Shown here: positions 1 to 9,343 of the stretch, in pieces
How the letters are laid out: each line of letters starts with the position of its first letter
Position numbering within the stretch: the stretch's first letter is position 1
Source: an uncultured delta proteobacterium
GTDB lineage: Bacteria > Desulfobacterota > Desulfuromonadia > Geobacterales > DSM-12255
Reading direction: 5' to 3'
Assembly: GCA_963787125.1 (NCBI GenBank)
Contig: CAWBBV010000012.1
Span: 160,001-224,000 of the forward strand
DNA length: 64,000 nucleotides
The notes under the pieces: generated by a model
What the model was told of the DNA's origin: nothing
What the model saw: only the letters and a program-made list of their open reading frames with translations
Database searches by the model: none
Translations under genes and position numbers: made by a program

Positions 1-667
1 GGTCCATTGCCGAATTGGCCATCACCTGATCCGGGAAGAGCGACAGCCAGTCACCTGGCGGACGGTTTGAAGTGATAATTATAGAGCCTCGCTGGTGGCG
101 TTCGGCAATGATTTCATAGAACTCCTCAGCCTGTGGCATGGTCATGGCGCTGAGGCCGAAGTCGTCAATTATCAGAAGGTCCGGAGCGAGGAGTTTTCTC
201 AAGGCTTTCTCCCAAGTGCCGTCAGCCCTTGCTGTGTTGAGGTTTCGAAACAGCTTGGTTCCCTTGATAAACAGGGTGGAATGACCGATGCGACATGCCC
301 GGTTGCCCAGTGCCTGAGCAAGGTGGGTCTTGCCGACTCCTGGCGGGCCGTAAAGAATCACATGCTCTTTTTTCCTGATGAACAGACCGGTCGCTAGATC
401 CTTGATGGCCGCCACATTGACCCCGGTCAACTGGGCGAACTGAAACTCTTCGATACACTTCGGCTCTTCAAAGGAAGCTTTCTTAAGCCGCTGATTAAGG
501 GTATTCGCTTCCCGGCGTTCAGTCTCATCCTGAACAATCAGTTCCATAAACTCCAGATAACCGAGATTGTTGCTTCGTGCCTGCTCAAGCCGCAGGTCCA
601 GTGATTCGAGAATGCCGGAGAGTCTGAGCAGCTTCAAGCGGGACGTTAGTAGTGGGGAGATGCTCAT
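1..667 (-). CDS. istB: IstB helper ATPase (3' end runs off window)
   Basis: Manual translation MSISPLLTSRLKLLRLSG...GPPGVGKTHLAQALG (Walker A). ATG overlaps istA stop (ATGA). Confidence 0.92.
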   Translation of the reverse strand, partial: MSISPLLTSRLKLLRLSGILESLDLRLEQARSNNLGYLEFMELIVQDETERREANTLNQRLKKASFEEPKCIEEFQFAQLTGVNVAAIKDLATGLFIRKKEHVILYGPPGVGKTHLAQALGNRACRIGHSTLFIKGTKLFRNLNTARADGTWEKALRKLLAPDLLIIDDFGLSAMTMPQAEEFYEIIAERHQRGSIIITSNRPPGDWLSLFPDQVMANSAMD

Positions 668-2214
668 GCTGCCACCTCCCCGAAACTGGTTGCCGGATGC
701 AGGCACTGTTCACCTTCAGTGGAAATGGCCGGGACGGTCGGCAACTCCTGTTGCCTGGGGATACCGTTCTCCAGAATCCTTTGCAGGCTCTGTCTTGATG
801 TGGAGCCAAAAGAGAGCAGATGCCGGCAGGCATCATTGAGTTTGGCAGCACCATACTTATCGGCAAATCTGAGGACTGCCTGAGCCTTGCGTAGATTCTG
901 GAGAGAGTGAGGTTCCAGAACTTCTCGCACCATGCGGCCCACATCTTCGCCGAATGTCTCAGCCTGCTGGCGGCACCAGGTGGGGTGAGCAAAAAGAAAC
1001 GCCTTGGCTTTTTCCGGATAATCGTTTTCGTCTGTACGCCATGTGCCGGGTTTGTGTGCCCGAACATGGCACTTGATCAACTCTCCCTCAAGGAAGATCT
1101 CGGTCAAGCGGAAGGTGCCCCGCGCCCAGACTTTTTTGCCCACATATCTGGTCGGAACAGAATAGTAGCTCTTGTCAAAGACCAGATGGTGATCAGGGTG
1201 AACTGTGCACTCTTTCCAGAGTGGGGTCTCGAACCTGCTGCCCGGCAAAGGGATAAGGGTGTTCTTCTCGTCCCGCTCAAAGCGCAGCAGCGGTTCTTCT
1301 TTAGTGGTGCCGTGCTTTTCCTTGCCAATGCCGGTTAGTGACCAGGCAAGCGCCTTTTCGTTGGCGTCGGCAAGATCCTGATACTGCCGCCCGGCAGCCA
1401 GCTGCTGCCGCACCGTGGGCATGGAGCGCTCAACTTTCCCTTTGTGCTCCGGAGTTCTCACTTTGGCCGGATCGGCAACAAAGCCGTAATGCCGCTCTAG
1501 TTCTGCATACGCCCGGTTGATGATCGGGTCATACAGGTCGGCTTTGACAACACCAGCCTTGAGGTTGTCCAAAAGGACGGTTCTGGGGCAACCGCCAAAG
1601 AATTCAAAGGCCCGGATATGACAGTCAAGCCAGTTCGTTGTGTCCTGGCGTTCAACGAAGCGGACAAAGCGATGGCGACTGTAAGAAAGGGTCATGACAA
1701 AGGCCCAGACCCTCTTCTTCTGGTCACCCAGAGTAAGGGCTACCTGACCAAAGTCAACCTGGGCCTGTTCTCCGGCGGATGTTTCCAACCGGACAGTTAC
1801 TCTCTGGGAATTATCCGGTTTAAGCTTTTTTACGTATCGTTTGAGACTGGAGTAGTTGAAAGGGTAGCCCTGTTCTTCAAGTAGGCGACAGATCTGCTTG
1901 GCAGTCATATTCGGCTCATCGAGCCAGCTGATTATCTGCTCTTTGTGCAGGCCTATGACCTCCTGCACCGCACCGACAGCAGATGAAGCAGGTTTGGCTG
2001 CCTTGGCTACTGCGGCCATGACGTTCTCCGCAATGGCAGCGGGTGTTTCACCATCTTCTCTGGTAAGACCGGCAGCCTTTGCCGCGTCAAGATACTTTCT
2101 GACGGTTGGCCGGGAAATGCCGAGACTTCTGGCAATTTGACTATTGTTCTGCCCTTTTTGCCAGTGATAGACAACTTCGTTCAATTCGATCATGGGGATT
2201 CTCCTTCGCGACAT
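664..2214 (-). CDS. istA: IS21 transposase IstA
   Basis: N-terminal HTH, QVDFG, LLDNLKAGV, KGKVER DDE motifs, YYSVP C-terminal domain. Confidence 0.95.
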   Translation of the reverse strand: MSRRRIPMIELNEVVYHWQKGQNNSQIARSLGISRPTVRKYLDAAKAAGLTREDGETPAAIAENVMAAVAKAAKPASSAVGAVQEVIGLHKEQIISWLDEPNMTAKQICRLLEEQGYPFNYSSLKRYVKKLKPDNSQRVTVRLETSAGEQAQVDFGQVALTLGDQKKRVWAFVMTLSYSRHRFVRFVERQDTTNWLDCHIRAFEFFGGCPRTVLLDNLKAGVVKADLYDPIINRAYAELERHYGFVADPAKVRTPEHKGKVERSMPTVRQQLAAGRQYQDLADANEKALAWSLTGIGKEKHGTTKEEPLLRFERDEKNTLIPLPGSRFETPLWKECTVHPDHHLVFDKSYYSVPTRYVGKKVWARGTFRLTEIFLEGELIKCHVRAHKPGTWRTDENDYPEKAKAFLFAHPTWCRQQAETFGEDVGRMVREVLEPHSLQNLRKAQAVLRFADKYGAAKLNDACRHLLSFGSTSRQSLQRILENGIPRQQELPTVPAISTEGEQCLHPATSFGEVAA

Positions 2215-2403
2215 AGCAGCTCCTGTCTGGAAATAATTCCATGCAGAATACTGTCATGCTGGTTGGCTCCCCTAAAAAATCCAAAGTGGCAAATAACTCT
2301 GGTCCCGGTATCGACTAAACTGGCAAATTAAGTTGACCCAGGGGGTGGCAAATAACTTTGGTCACACCTTGTCTAAAGTGGAAATTTACCATGGTCCTCG
2401 ACA

Positions 2404-2903
2404 CCCTCTTTCCTGGGGCGGGATTGCACATTCGCTGCCTAAAAGAAGTGCTAATTGAAACGCTGCACAATGACGAAGGTAGCCACACCGAGCAATGGGA
2501 AATGGTAATCGACGACAGTTACTTTACTGACGGCTACGGCAATGAAGTTCGAGAGCTCCCTCCTGAAGTGCAGGCGCTATTCTTATCATGGGACCTTGAT
2601 ACACGAGAACAGCATTCCGCATCTCATATTTTAATGAGTTTTGTTGGTCCCGAGCACGCATACCTATTTGCTCACATGGCTCTGGTGCAGTTGCTGAATT
2701 TCCAGCTTCCGACTGATAGCAAACTTCAATGGAGATCATTGATCAATGAACCCAATATTGTCGTCAAGGGAATAGATGATTTCGCAACTGCCGTAAAGGG
2801 CTGTGGATACACGAGTAGTGAGAACTATCTTGCACCAAAAGCCACAAACTATGCCTGCGTTCTTGAAAGAATAAATATCAGGCACCGACGCGTGTCCGAG
2901 TAA
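2404..2903 (+). pseudogene. 3' part of a hypothetical gene interrupted by IS21
   Basis: ORF 2358..2903 starts inside the IS21 end; reading frame stays open from the IS boundary to the stop. Confidence 0.55.
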
Positions 2904-3176
2904 AACACTCATCACGAAAGGTGCGAAGTTGTGACAATAAGGGGGAATTATATGAACGGATCTTTTATAAAGTCAGCAGTTCTTTCTATTATTTTTTGTC
3001 TTATCTTTTCGCAATATCTGTTTGCGCAATCTATAGAAATTGTTCATGCAAATTATAAATATACATTAGGAGACAGCGATACTAAAAGCGATGCTAAAAA
3101 AATTGCCTTTAACCCCAATCCGCAAAACTATTGGGTTAATATAGTGTAACATGCTATAATCCTTCACATAATTGTA

Positions 3177-4562
3177 GTGAAGGAGCTCACCCGAATGGTG
3201 AAAGACAATCTCGGTTTTCAGTATGTAGCAGCCCGACAGACGCTAACTTCCGTAGCAGGATTGGAGCTGCTCACCACCCTCATACGCCGTCTCGATCTGA
3301 TTCGAGCCATCAGAAACGAAGTGCGGGTCAAGAAGATCGACTACGGCTTCCGGGAAGAGGAACATCTAATCCCGCTGTTACTAAACATTTCCTTACGCCG
3401 GACCAGCTACACTGATCTTGCCTGGCTGGCACGGGAAGAGAAACTGCTCAAGAAATCGCTCGGCTTTGGCAAACTCCCCAAAGAGCGAGCTGTTGCCATG
3501 CATCTGGAGAAATATGGCAAAGAGGAAATAACCGGTCTCAAGCGGGTCGGCGCAAAGATTGTTTCCCAAGCAAGCATCACAGCTGAACCGGGGGCTGAAG
3601 GCTATATTCCCTGCGACATTGACCCGAGTATCTTCGAGCAATTTGCTCCCAAACGGGAAGGGGTTCAAACCACTTACAACGGTAAACTTTGCTACACCCC
3701 TGTATTTGCAGTTCTCGGGCGCGAACGGTTCTGCATCAATCACTGGCTGTTGCCAGGCAGAGAGAAAGCTGTTGAACGGATTGACGAATTCATCAGGGAA
3801 ACGGCAGAGCTGCTCCCCGAGAAAATAGATCGGAACAAGCTCCTGTTTCGCTACGATGCCGGGCTTTACAGCATCAAAACTGTTCAAGCCAGCGAAGATG
3901 CTAAAGCATACTATCTGGTCAAGGCCCGAGCCAGCGGCGCATTGGATCGAGTGGTAAACGAGAATCTCGATGTCGATGTTATGAGCCTCAAAGTCACTGA
4001 CTTCGGCGGCGAGTTTTACGGAGAATTCGAGTACACCCCAAGCGGCTGGAAAACTCCCCGCCGTTTCGTCTTCTGTGTTCAGATCAAGTCCGTAGACGAG
4101 AAAGGACAGCCACTGCTGCTCAATGACGTCCGCTACCACATACTGGCCACCAATCTACCCAAAGAAGTCACCCCGCAGCGGGCATTCGAACTCTATCGGG
4201 GGCGTGGAGCTGCAGAAGAAGCGAACAAGGAACTCAAGCACGACCTGGATCTGGAGCGACTCCCCTCCCAGACCTTCAGTGTCAACGAAGTATTCCTTAC
4301 CTTGGGGACCATGGCCTACAACCTGCTTATCCTGCTGGGTCAGCAGTGGCGGGATGAAGCTGGTGACGGAGAGATGGACAGTCACTTAACACCGGTACGG
4401 CGGCGGATCAAGACCATTCAGGATTATCTGCTGCGTAGTGCGGCAATCGTGGTCAATCATGCCCGCAAGAGCCTGCTGAAAGTCAACGGCTGGTGGCTGG
4501 AGAAACTTCGCCCTGACAGGATTCAGGCAAGAATCGGCAGGCTTCAGCCGGTAACCTGCTAA
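3177..4562 (+). CDS. IS1380-family transposase
   Basis: LTSVAGL, CDID, FRYDAG, YRGRGAAEEANKELKHDL motifs; 461 aa. Confidence 0.9.
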   Translation: MKELTRMVKDNLGFQYVAARQTLTSVAGLELLTTLIRRLDLIRAIRNEVRVKKIDYGFREEEHLIPLLLNISLRRTSYTDLAWLAREEKLLKKSLGFGKLPKERAVAMHLEKYGKEEITGLKRVGAKIVSQASITAEPGAEGYIPCDIDPSIFEQFAPKREGVQTTYNGKLCYTPVFAVLGRERFCINHWLLPGREKAVERIDEFIRETAELLPEKIDRNKLLFRYDAGLYSIKTVQASEDAKAYYLVKARASGALDRVVNENLDVDVMSLKVTDFGGEFYGEFEYTPSGWKTPRRFVFCVQIKSVDEKGQPLLLNDVRYHILATNLPKEVTPQRAFELYRGRGAAEEANKELKHDLDLERLPSQTFSVNEVFLTLGTMAYNLLILLGQQWRDEAGDGEMDSHLTPVRRRIKTIQDYLLRSAAIVVNHARKSLLKVNGWWLEKLRPDRIQARIGRLQPVTC

Positions 4563-4704
4563 AGAAAAGCTGAAAACGAGATTGTCAAAGAACAAAAAAG
4601 CAAGAACAAGGGGGCAGTTCGTCTTCAGTCCGGCAAAAAACATCGTCTGAAGAGGCAAATAGCGCGTCACTTTTTGAATTTTAGAGAAAATATGTGTTTT
4701 CGAC

Positions 4705-6034
4705 CAGCATCTTCCGGTTAGGTTTTTGCACGGCGTTTCTTTTTCTTTAACTGTCTGATCTTGTTTGACTTGCCATGTTTTCTTGTACTTTCTTTCAGCT
4801 CTGCTGCTGCTTCATTTGCTATTTGATTGCGTAGTTCTCGTACCCTGGAGATGCTGACCGGTTCGTTGTGCTGCTCCCGGCAATAGATGGCGAGCAGCAG
4901 ATAGGTGATGAGGCCGCCAAGCAGTTGCACCATGAGACCATATTTGCTTCGGGCAATCAGGTGATACACCTTGAGATGCCGCTTCCACCAGCCGAAGAAG
5001 GTCTCTATGTTCCAGCGCAGCTTGTAAACTTCGGCCACTTCTTCAGCAGTCAGGTCGTATCGGTTGGTAGCAACCCAGTAATCCTTGCCGTCTATTCGGT
5101 AGCCAACAAGGCGCAGCTCTTTCTCAGTCTGACTTATACCTTTGGTGCCGAGCAGCACGACTCTGTCGTAGAAGACGATACTATCAGGATTGACGGCATT
5201 CTCGCTGATGACTGTTTTATGGGTATTCTCCCGAATACGGCAGACAAAGAACTTTTCGGCGGCTTGCCACTGGTCAAAGTGGTCATGAGACTGATAGCCG
5301 CGATCCATGACACCGGTTTCGCCTTTGTCGATGATTTTATCAACAAAGGGACGTTCACCTTCTTTGCCGTCAGAGAGGTATATCTTCCGGGGGATGCCCC
5401 GGTTGATATCAAAGCCGATATGAGCCTTGGCTTTTTTTGAACCGCTTCGGTAATCTGCCCATTCCATTGACAGAACAGCATCTATCAGTGATCCGTCTAT
5501 GGATATCAGTTTGCCAAGGTGAGCATATTCAACTGGGAGCGCCTTACCTGCTTGCTTGACAAGGTGGCTGAACACCTCAGCAAGCTGCTCAAGCCCCCTG
5601 GTGTTCATTGCCTCAAAGAAAGAGCTTTTCTTGATACCCTTTGGGGGAGCAATGTACTCCTTGGCAAAGTTGTCCTGCTCTAAAGCCTGAAGAAGTTCGC
5701 TCCTGAGGCATACTCTTGCAGGTGATAATAGATCAGAGCTTTGAGCTGATCATCAAAAGACATTTGCAACGGGCGGTACCCCCTGGATTCAAGTGTGTTA
5801 TCTAGTTTGAATCTCTCAGAAACAGGGGCAAGAATCAATTTGAAAGCACGTGATTTTCGTCGTTGTTTCAGCCTCTTGAATGGTCGCATATCGTAACTCC
5901 TGTAATATTGGATAGTTACGAATGCGCGCCCCGAATTTTTCACTAAATGTCAAGTAAGAAATACGGTATCACACTGATTTTACAACTTTTTATTTTCTCA
6001 AAGAGCTTTGCAAGGACCTAACCGGAAGACACTG
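4705..6034 (-). mobile_element. IS4-family element nested in the IS1380 right end
   Basis: IRs CAGCATCTTCCGGTTAGGT / CAGTGTCTTCCGGTTAGGT; 9-bp target duplication GTTTTCGAC (4696-4704, 6035-6043); empty site visible in IS1380 copy 2. Confidence 0.95.
4718..5889 (-). pseudogene. IS4 transposase with a 1-nt frameshift near 5700
   Basis: SIDGS, MDRGY and YKLRWNIETFFGWWK (YREK) motifs; the N-terminal part (MRPFKRLK...) is in another frame and one added base restores about 390 aa. Confidence 0.85.
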
Positions 6035-6456
6035 GTTTTCGACTCCCATCAAAGGGAGCTCACTGAAAAAATACCCCCGAACTCACGCTGCCTGAATGTG
6101 TCCGGCAGAGATTTGCGGATTCGGGTTTATAGAAGCGAAACGATTGTGCCTCGAAAAGGCTGGAACATATATTGAGAGCAATACTGAAGTGTTGGATCTC
6201 AGGCTATCAAAGGATGAAATCAAAACCTATGCGGGAGGAATCCTTAAGGTAGGGATTGTTTCAGAAGAATTTAAAGCCGTTGGTGAAATTTTAACCTTGT
6301 ATATGGAGGTTAAAGCCGAAATTGACCTGAAAGAAGTACGAGATAATTTAAAACGAGTTAAAGGAGACAAAAAATTCGCAGCAAAAATAAAAGATCAAGA
6401 AAGACAGTTACAAGCACTAGAAGACAATATTAGAAATCTACAGCGTAAGCTATCTA

Positions 6457-8127
6457 GTTTCCATCCGGAAAGATAACCGGATGAAATTGTTAAGATATTT
6501 TGCATAAAGTGGTTCAGTTTTATCTCGTTTTATGCTATCCTGCAAACCATAACAAGCTGTAAACATTACACATTATGGTTTCAGGGGTACTCCGGATGCG
6601 ACAAAAACTGACACGACAGATGAGCCTTTTCTCTGTCACCATGCGTCACGATATTGGTAAAGAGTTGGCAGCAATTTCTTCTATTCTCGACGCCACTCCC
6701 CAGATGCTTGATCTGGTGTTCTCCGACCTGACAAGAGAGTCTCGTCAGGATACCGGCCGGGAGGGACTGACCGCAGAACAGGTGCTGCGCTGCGTTGTCC
6801 TGAAACAGTTTCGCAGCCTCTCTTATGAAGAGCTCGCGTTTCATCTTGAAGATTCCAAATCCTTTCGTGCCTTTGCCCGACTGGAGATGGGACAGTATCC
6901 GTCGTCATCGACTCTTCAGGAAAACATCAAGCCGCTTTCCGAAGAGACCTGGGAGGCAGTTCATATCTGCCTCATGCAGTATGCCATGGAAGCCGGCATA
7001 GAAACCGGTCGTAAAGTCAGGATTGACTCGACCGTTGTCGAAAGTAACATTCATGATCCCTCTGATTCCACCTTGCTCTGGGATGGGATCAGGGTCATCA
7101 CCCGTTGGCTTGAGGAGGGTCATGCCCTTACTCCCCGTCCTGACTACAGCTATTGCGACCATTGCCGTGTTGTCAAGAAACGGCTTATGGTGATTCTCAA
7201 CGCCAAGAAACAAGAGGATAGAGTCTCGGCCTATCGTGACATGACGCACTACGCGGGCAAGGTTGTCGGCTATGCCAATAAAGCGATTCCGGCTCTGCAG
7301 GCGTACCAGGCAAACGGTCTTGGTGACATGCTTGCAGCCATGAATCTTGCCGCACAGCTGAAACGGGCAGTGGGTCTACTGGAAAAGGTTATCAGTCAGA
7401 CCGAACGACGGGTATTCCATAACGAGAAGGTGCCGGCATCAGATAAAGTGACATCCTTCTTTGAGGACCACACCGACATCATCGTCAAGAAGAGGCGTGA
7501 GACCCACTTCGGCCACAAGATATTTCTGACCGGCGGCAAGTCCAACCTGATCCTTGACTGCCTGATTGCCAAAGGCAACCCGGCTGACTCGGATCAATAC
7601 ATCCCTATGCTGGAGCGGTACAAAGGGGTCTTCCGCAGGGTGCCGCGCCAGGTAAGTGCTGATGGTGGCTTTGCATCGAAGGATAACCTGACGGAAGCAA
7701 AAGGCCTTGGCGTAAAAGACGCTGTTTTTGCCAAGAAGCGTGGGTTATCGGTAATCGACATGGCCAAGAGTTCCTGGGTGTACAAGAAGTTGCGGAACTT
7801 CCGTGCCGGTATCGAAGCCAACATCTCCACACTCAAGAGAGCTTTCGGGCTTGACCGCTGCACCTGGAAAGGTTGGGAAGGATTCAGACGTTATGTCTGG
7901 AGTTCGATCTTTGCCTATAACCTTCAGGTCATAGCCCGGATCAAGCTGGAAGCGGCTTAAAAAGGCAAAAGCAGCAGCGAAAAGCATCTCGACGGGTGTA
8001 GTGCGTCATTAAATTGAGAAAGAGCAGATAAAACTGGTTACGTGGTAGTCAAAATCTTCCGAAGCAGAGACTGCCAACAGCGACCGGAGGTCCAGTACGT
8101 CTTAAACTGGGGTTTCCGGATGGACAC
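6457..8127 (+). mobile_element. ISNCY-type (ISDol1-like) insertion sequence
   Basis: IRs GTTTCCATCCGGAAA / GTGTCCATCCGGAAA; 6-bp target duplication TATCTA (6451-6456, 8128-8133). Confidence 0.9.
6596..7960 (+). CDS. DDE transposase (ISNCY/IS5-like)
   Basis: VRIDSTVVESNIH, SADGGF, FRAGIEANISTLKRAFGL motifs. Confidence 0.9.
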   Translation: MRQKLTRQMSLFSVTMRHDIGKELAAISSILDATPQMLDLVFSDLTRESRQDTGREGLTAEQVLRCVVLKQFRSLSYEELAFHLEDSKSFRAFARLEMGQYPSSSTLQENIKPLSEETWEAVHICLMQYAMEAGIETGRKVRIDSTVVESNIHDPSDSTLLWDGIRVITRWLEEGHALTPRPDYSYCDHCRVVKKRLMVILNAKKQEDRVSAYRDMTHYAGKVVGYANKAIPALQAYQANGLGDMLAAMNLAAQLKRAVGLLEKVISQTERRVFHNEKVPASDKVTSFFEDHTDIIVKKRRETHFGHKIFLTGGKSNLILDCLIAKGNPADSDQYIPMLERYKGVFRRVPRQVSADGGFASKDNLTEAKGLGVKDAVFAKKRGLSVIDMAKSSWVYKKLRNFRAGIEANISTLKRAFGLDRCTWKGWEGFRRYVWSSIFAYNLQVIARIKLEAA

Positions 8128-8548
8128 TATCTAGTAATGATACTGGTAAGACAACAAAAATTAGACAAGAGAGAAAAAAAGTCTTTGATAAAATAGATGA
8201 ACTTGAACGGATCAAATCTGAGATAAAATCAAAAACAATTCTTGCTATAGAAAATATTGAACTAGGTATGACACCTAAGGAAGTAGTTAAACTTATAGGT
8301 CAGCCGCGCTCAACAGATTATTATGATCAGCGTTATAATTATGGCAATGTATGGGTTGTTTTTGATGGTGGTATAGTTGGGTGTCTTGTAAAAACAGAAG
8401 ATTATCTTATCGGCGGTCCTGCTTGGCAGGGTGGGACCTGTAGACACGAGTATATGATAAAAAAAATAAAGTAATGAGCAACAAGGTATGTGTCGCTGGA
8501 GTGGACATTGGCAACTTACATAACTTAGATTGAGAAGACAGATTTATC

Positions 8549-8592
8549 ATCGGGTAGCCGGTTTTTTTCTCCCACACCACCCGGCATGAGAG
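8549..8592 (-). ncRNA. Remnant of a group II intron 3' end (half of domain V plus domain VI)
   Basis: Minus strand CATGCCGGGTGGTGTGGGAG...CCGGCTACCCGAT resembles class C intron termini; first half of domain V missing. Confidence 0.6.
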
Positions 8593-8665
8593 TTCCCCTC
8601 GACTACGCTCAAGGTTCACACCCAAAAAGAGCCACGGGGGCCGGAAACCGACCACAATAATCTTG

Positions 8666-9013
8666 TTAACCATGCTTCAACGGGTGCTCTTTCAAAAACA
8701 TCCTTAAAGCGTCATCAATCCGTGCTTGCCAACCAGCGCCGGTTGATTTGAAATTTTCTACGACATCTTGAGACAGCCGGATAGCGATTGATTTTTTTGT
8801 AGGGGCCTTCTGAGGCCCACGGATACCCGGTCGATGAACGGTCGCCTGTGCCCAATCCTTATCAGTTTTAAGGAAATTATCCGGGTCGTCCATAGCCATG
8901 CGTTCAACAGACTCTTCAGAAAAATGACTGACTCGTTTCGGGTCCGTCATGATTTCTCCTCTTGAACGCATGCCTTCGATCTCTTCAGAGGTCTTTCTAG
9001 TTATTTTGCTCAT
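8666..9013 (-). CDS. brnA: BrnA antitoxin
   Basis: RGPQKAPTKKSIAIRLSQDVVENFKSTGAGWQARIDDALR C-terminal signature; overlaps brnT. Confidence 0.9.
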   Translation of the reverse strand: MSKITRKTSEEIEGMRSRGEIMTDPKRVSHFSEESVERMAMDDPDNFLKTDKDWAQATVHRPGIRGPQKAPTKKSIAIRLSQDVVENFKSTGAGWQARIDDALRMFLKEHPLKHG

Positions 9014-9272
9014 AGTAAAGGCTCCTTTCCTTACGACTGGACTTCCGTAGCGAGATACAGCGAACTGCGTCTCCGCGTAGCGTGTAGGCGAGAGTAAGAG
9101 TTACCAGTTCGCCGCCAACTTCGGCAATATCTAACCAGCGACGTTCATGTGGCTGGTTACTTTCAACTGTGATCTTTATTGGAGACTCATACACAAGCTG
9201 ACCATCGGCAAGGTCATATCCATGCTTTTCAAAGTTTTTCAGTCGCTTGTTTTCATCCCATTCGTAGATCAT
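8997..9272 (-). CDS. brnT: BrnT toxin (ribonuclease)
   Basis: YEWDENKRLKNFEKHG...RCISLRKSSRKER signature. Confidence 0.9.
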   Translation of the reverse strand: MIYEWDENKRLKNFEKHGYDLADGQLVYESPIKITVESNQPHERRWLDIAEVGGELVTLTLAYTLRGDAVRCISLRKSSRKERSLYYEQNN

Positions 9273-9277
9273 GCTTA

Positions 9278-9306
9278 TTGTATATACGATTTACTGTGAC
9301 AAGTCA
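9278..9306 (-). promoter_or_regulatory. brnTA promoter, probably leaderless
   Basis: TTGACT-17 nt-TATACA(AT), a few nt before the ATG, no Shine-Dalgarno; palindrome-like TTGTATATACGA over the -10. Confidence 0.55.
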
Positions 9307-9343
9307 ATTCAACAACTCAAACCTTCACAAGACGAGGCCTTTA

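Larger units (their letters stand above)
1..2403 (-). mobile_element. IS21-family insertion sequence (other end outside window)
   Basis: istA+istB pair. Terminus TGTCGAGGACCATGG on minus strand at 2403, with four subterminal repeats (e.g. AAAGTGGCAAATAACTCTGGTC) at about 2283-2396. Confidence 0.92.
3113..6125 (+). mobile_element. IS1380-family element copy 1 (contains nested IS4)
   Basis: IRs CCCCAATCCGCAAA / CCCGAATCCGCAAA; TTTA on both flanks (3108-3111, 6126-6129); matches copy 2 once IS4 is removed. Confidence 0.93.
2952..8474 (+). pseudogene. Secreted protein gene (about 275 aa) split into 2952-3111, 6130-6456 and 8134-8474 by IS1380(+IS4) and ISNCY
   Basis: Removing each IS plus one target duplication restores one frame: ...DAKKIAF|IEAKRLCLEKAG...LQRKLS|SNDTGK...IELGMTPKEVVKLIGQP. 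Signal peptide and coiled coil present. Confidence 0.9.

Noticed and set aside
2283..2396. CRISPR-like or iteron repeats
   Set aside because: They are the multiple subterminal transposase-binding repeats expected at an IS21 end
3393..4139. 248-aa antisense ORF repeated at 35274
   Set aside because: Shadow of the IS1380 transposase; duplicated only because the IS is
8630..8672. attC site after brnA (GGTTAAC overlapping the stop)
   Set aside because: No matching right arm or GTT core at the expected distance
9179..9343. N-terminal extension of PepA
   Set aside because: Overlaps brnT and its promoter on the opposite strand; ATG at 9344 gives a normal length
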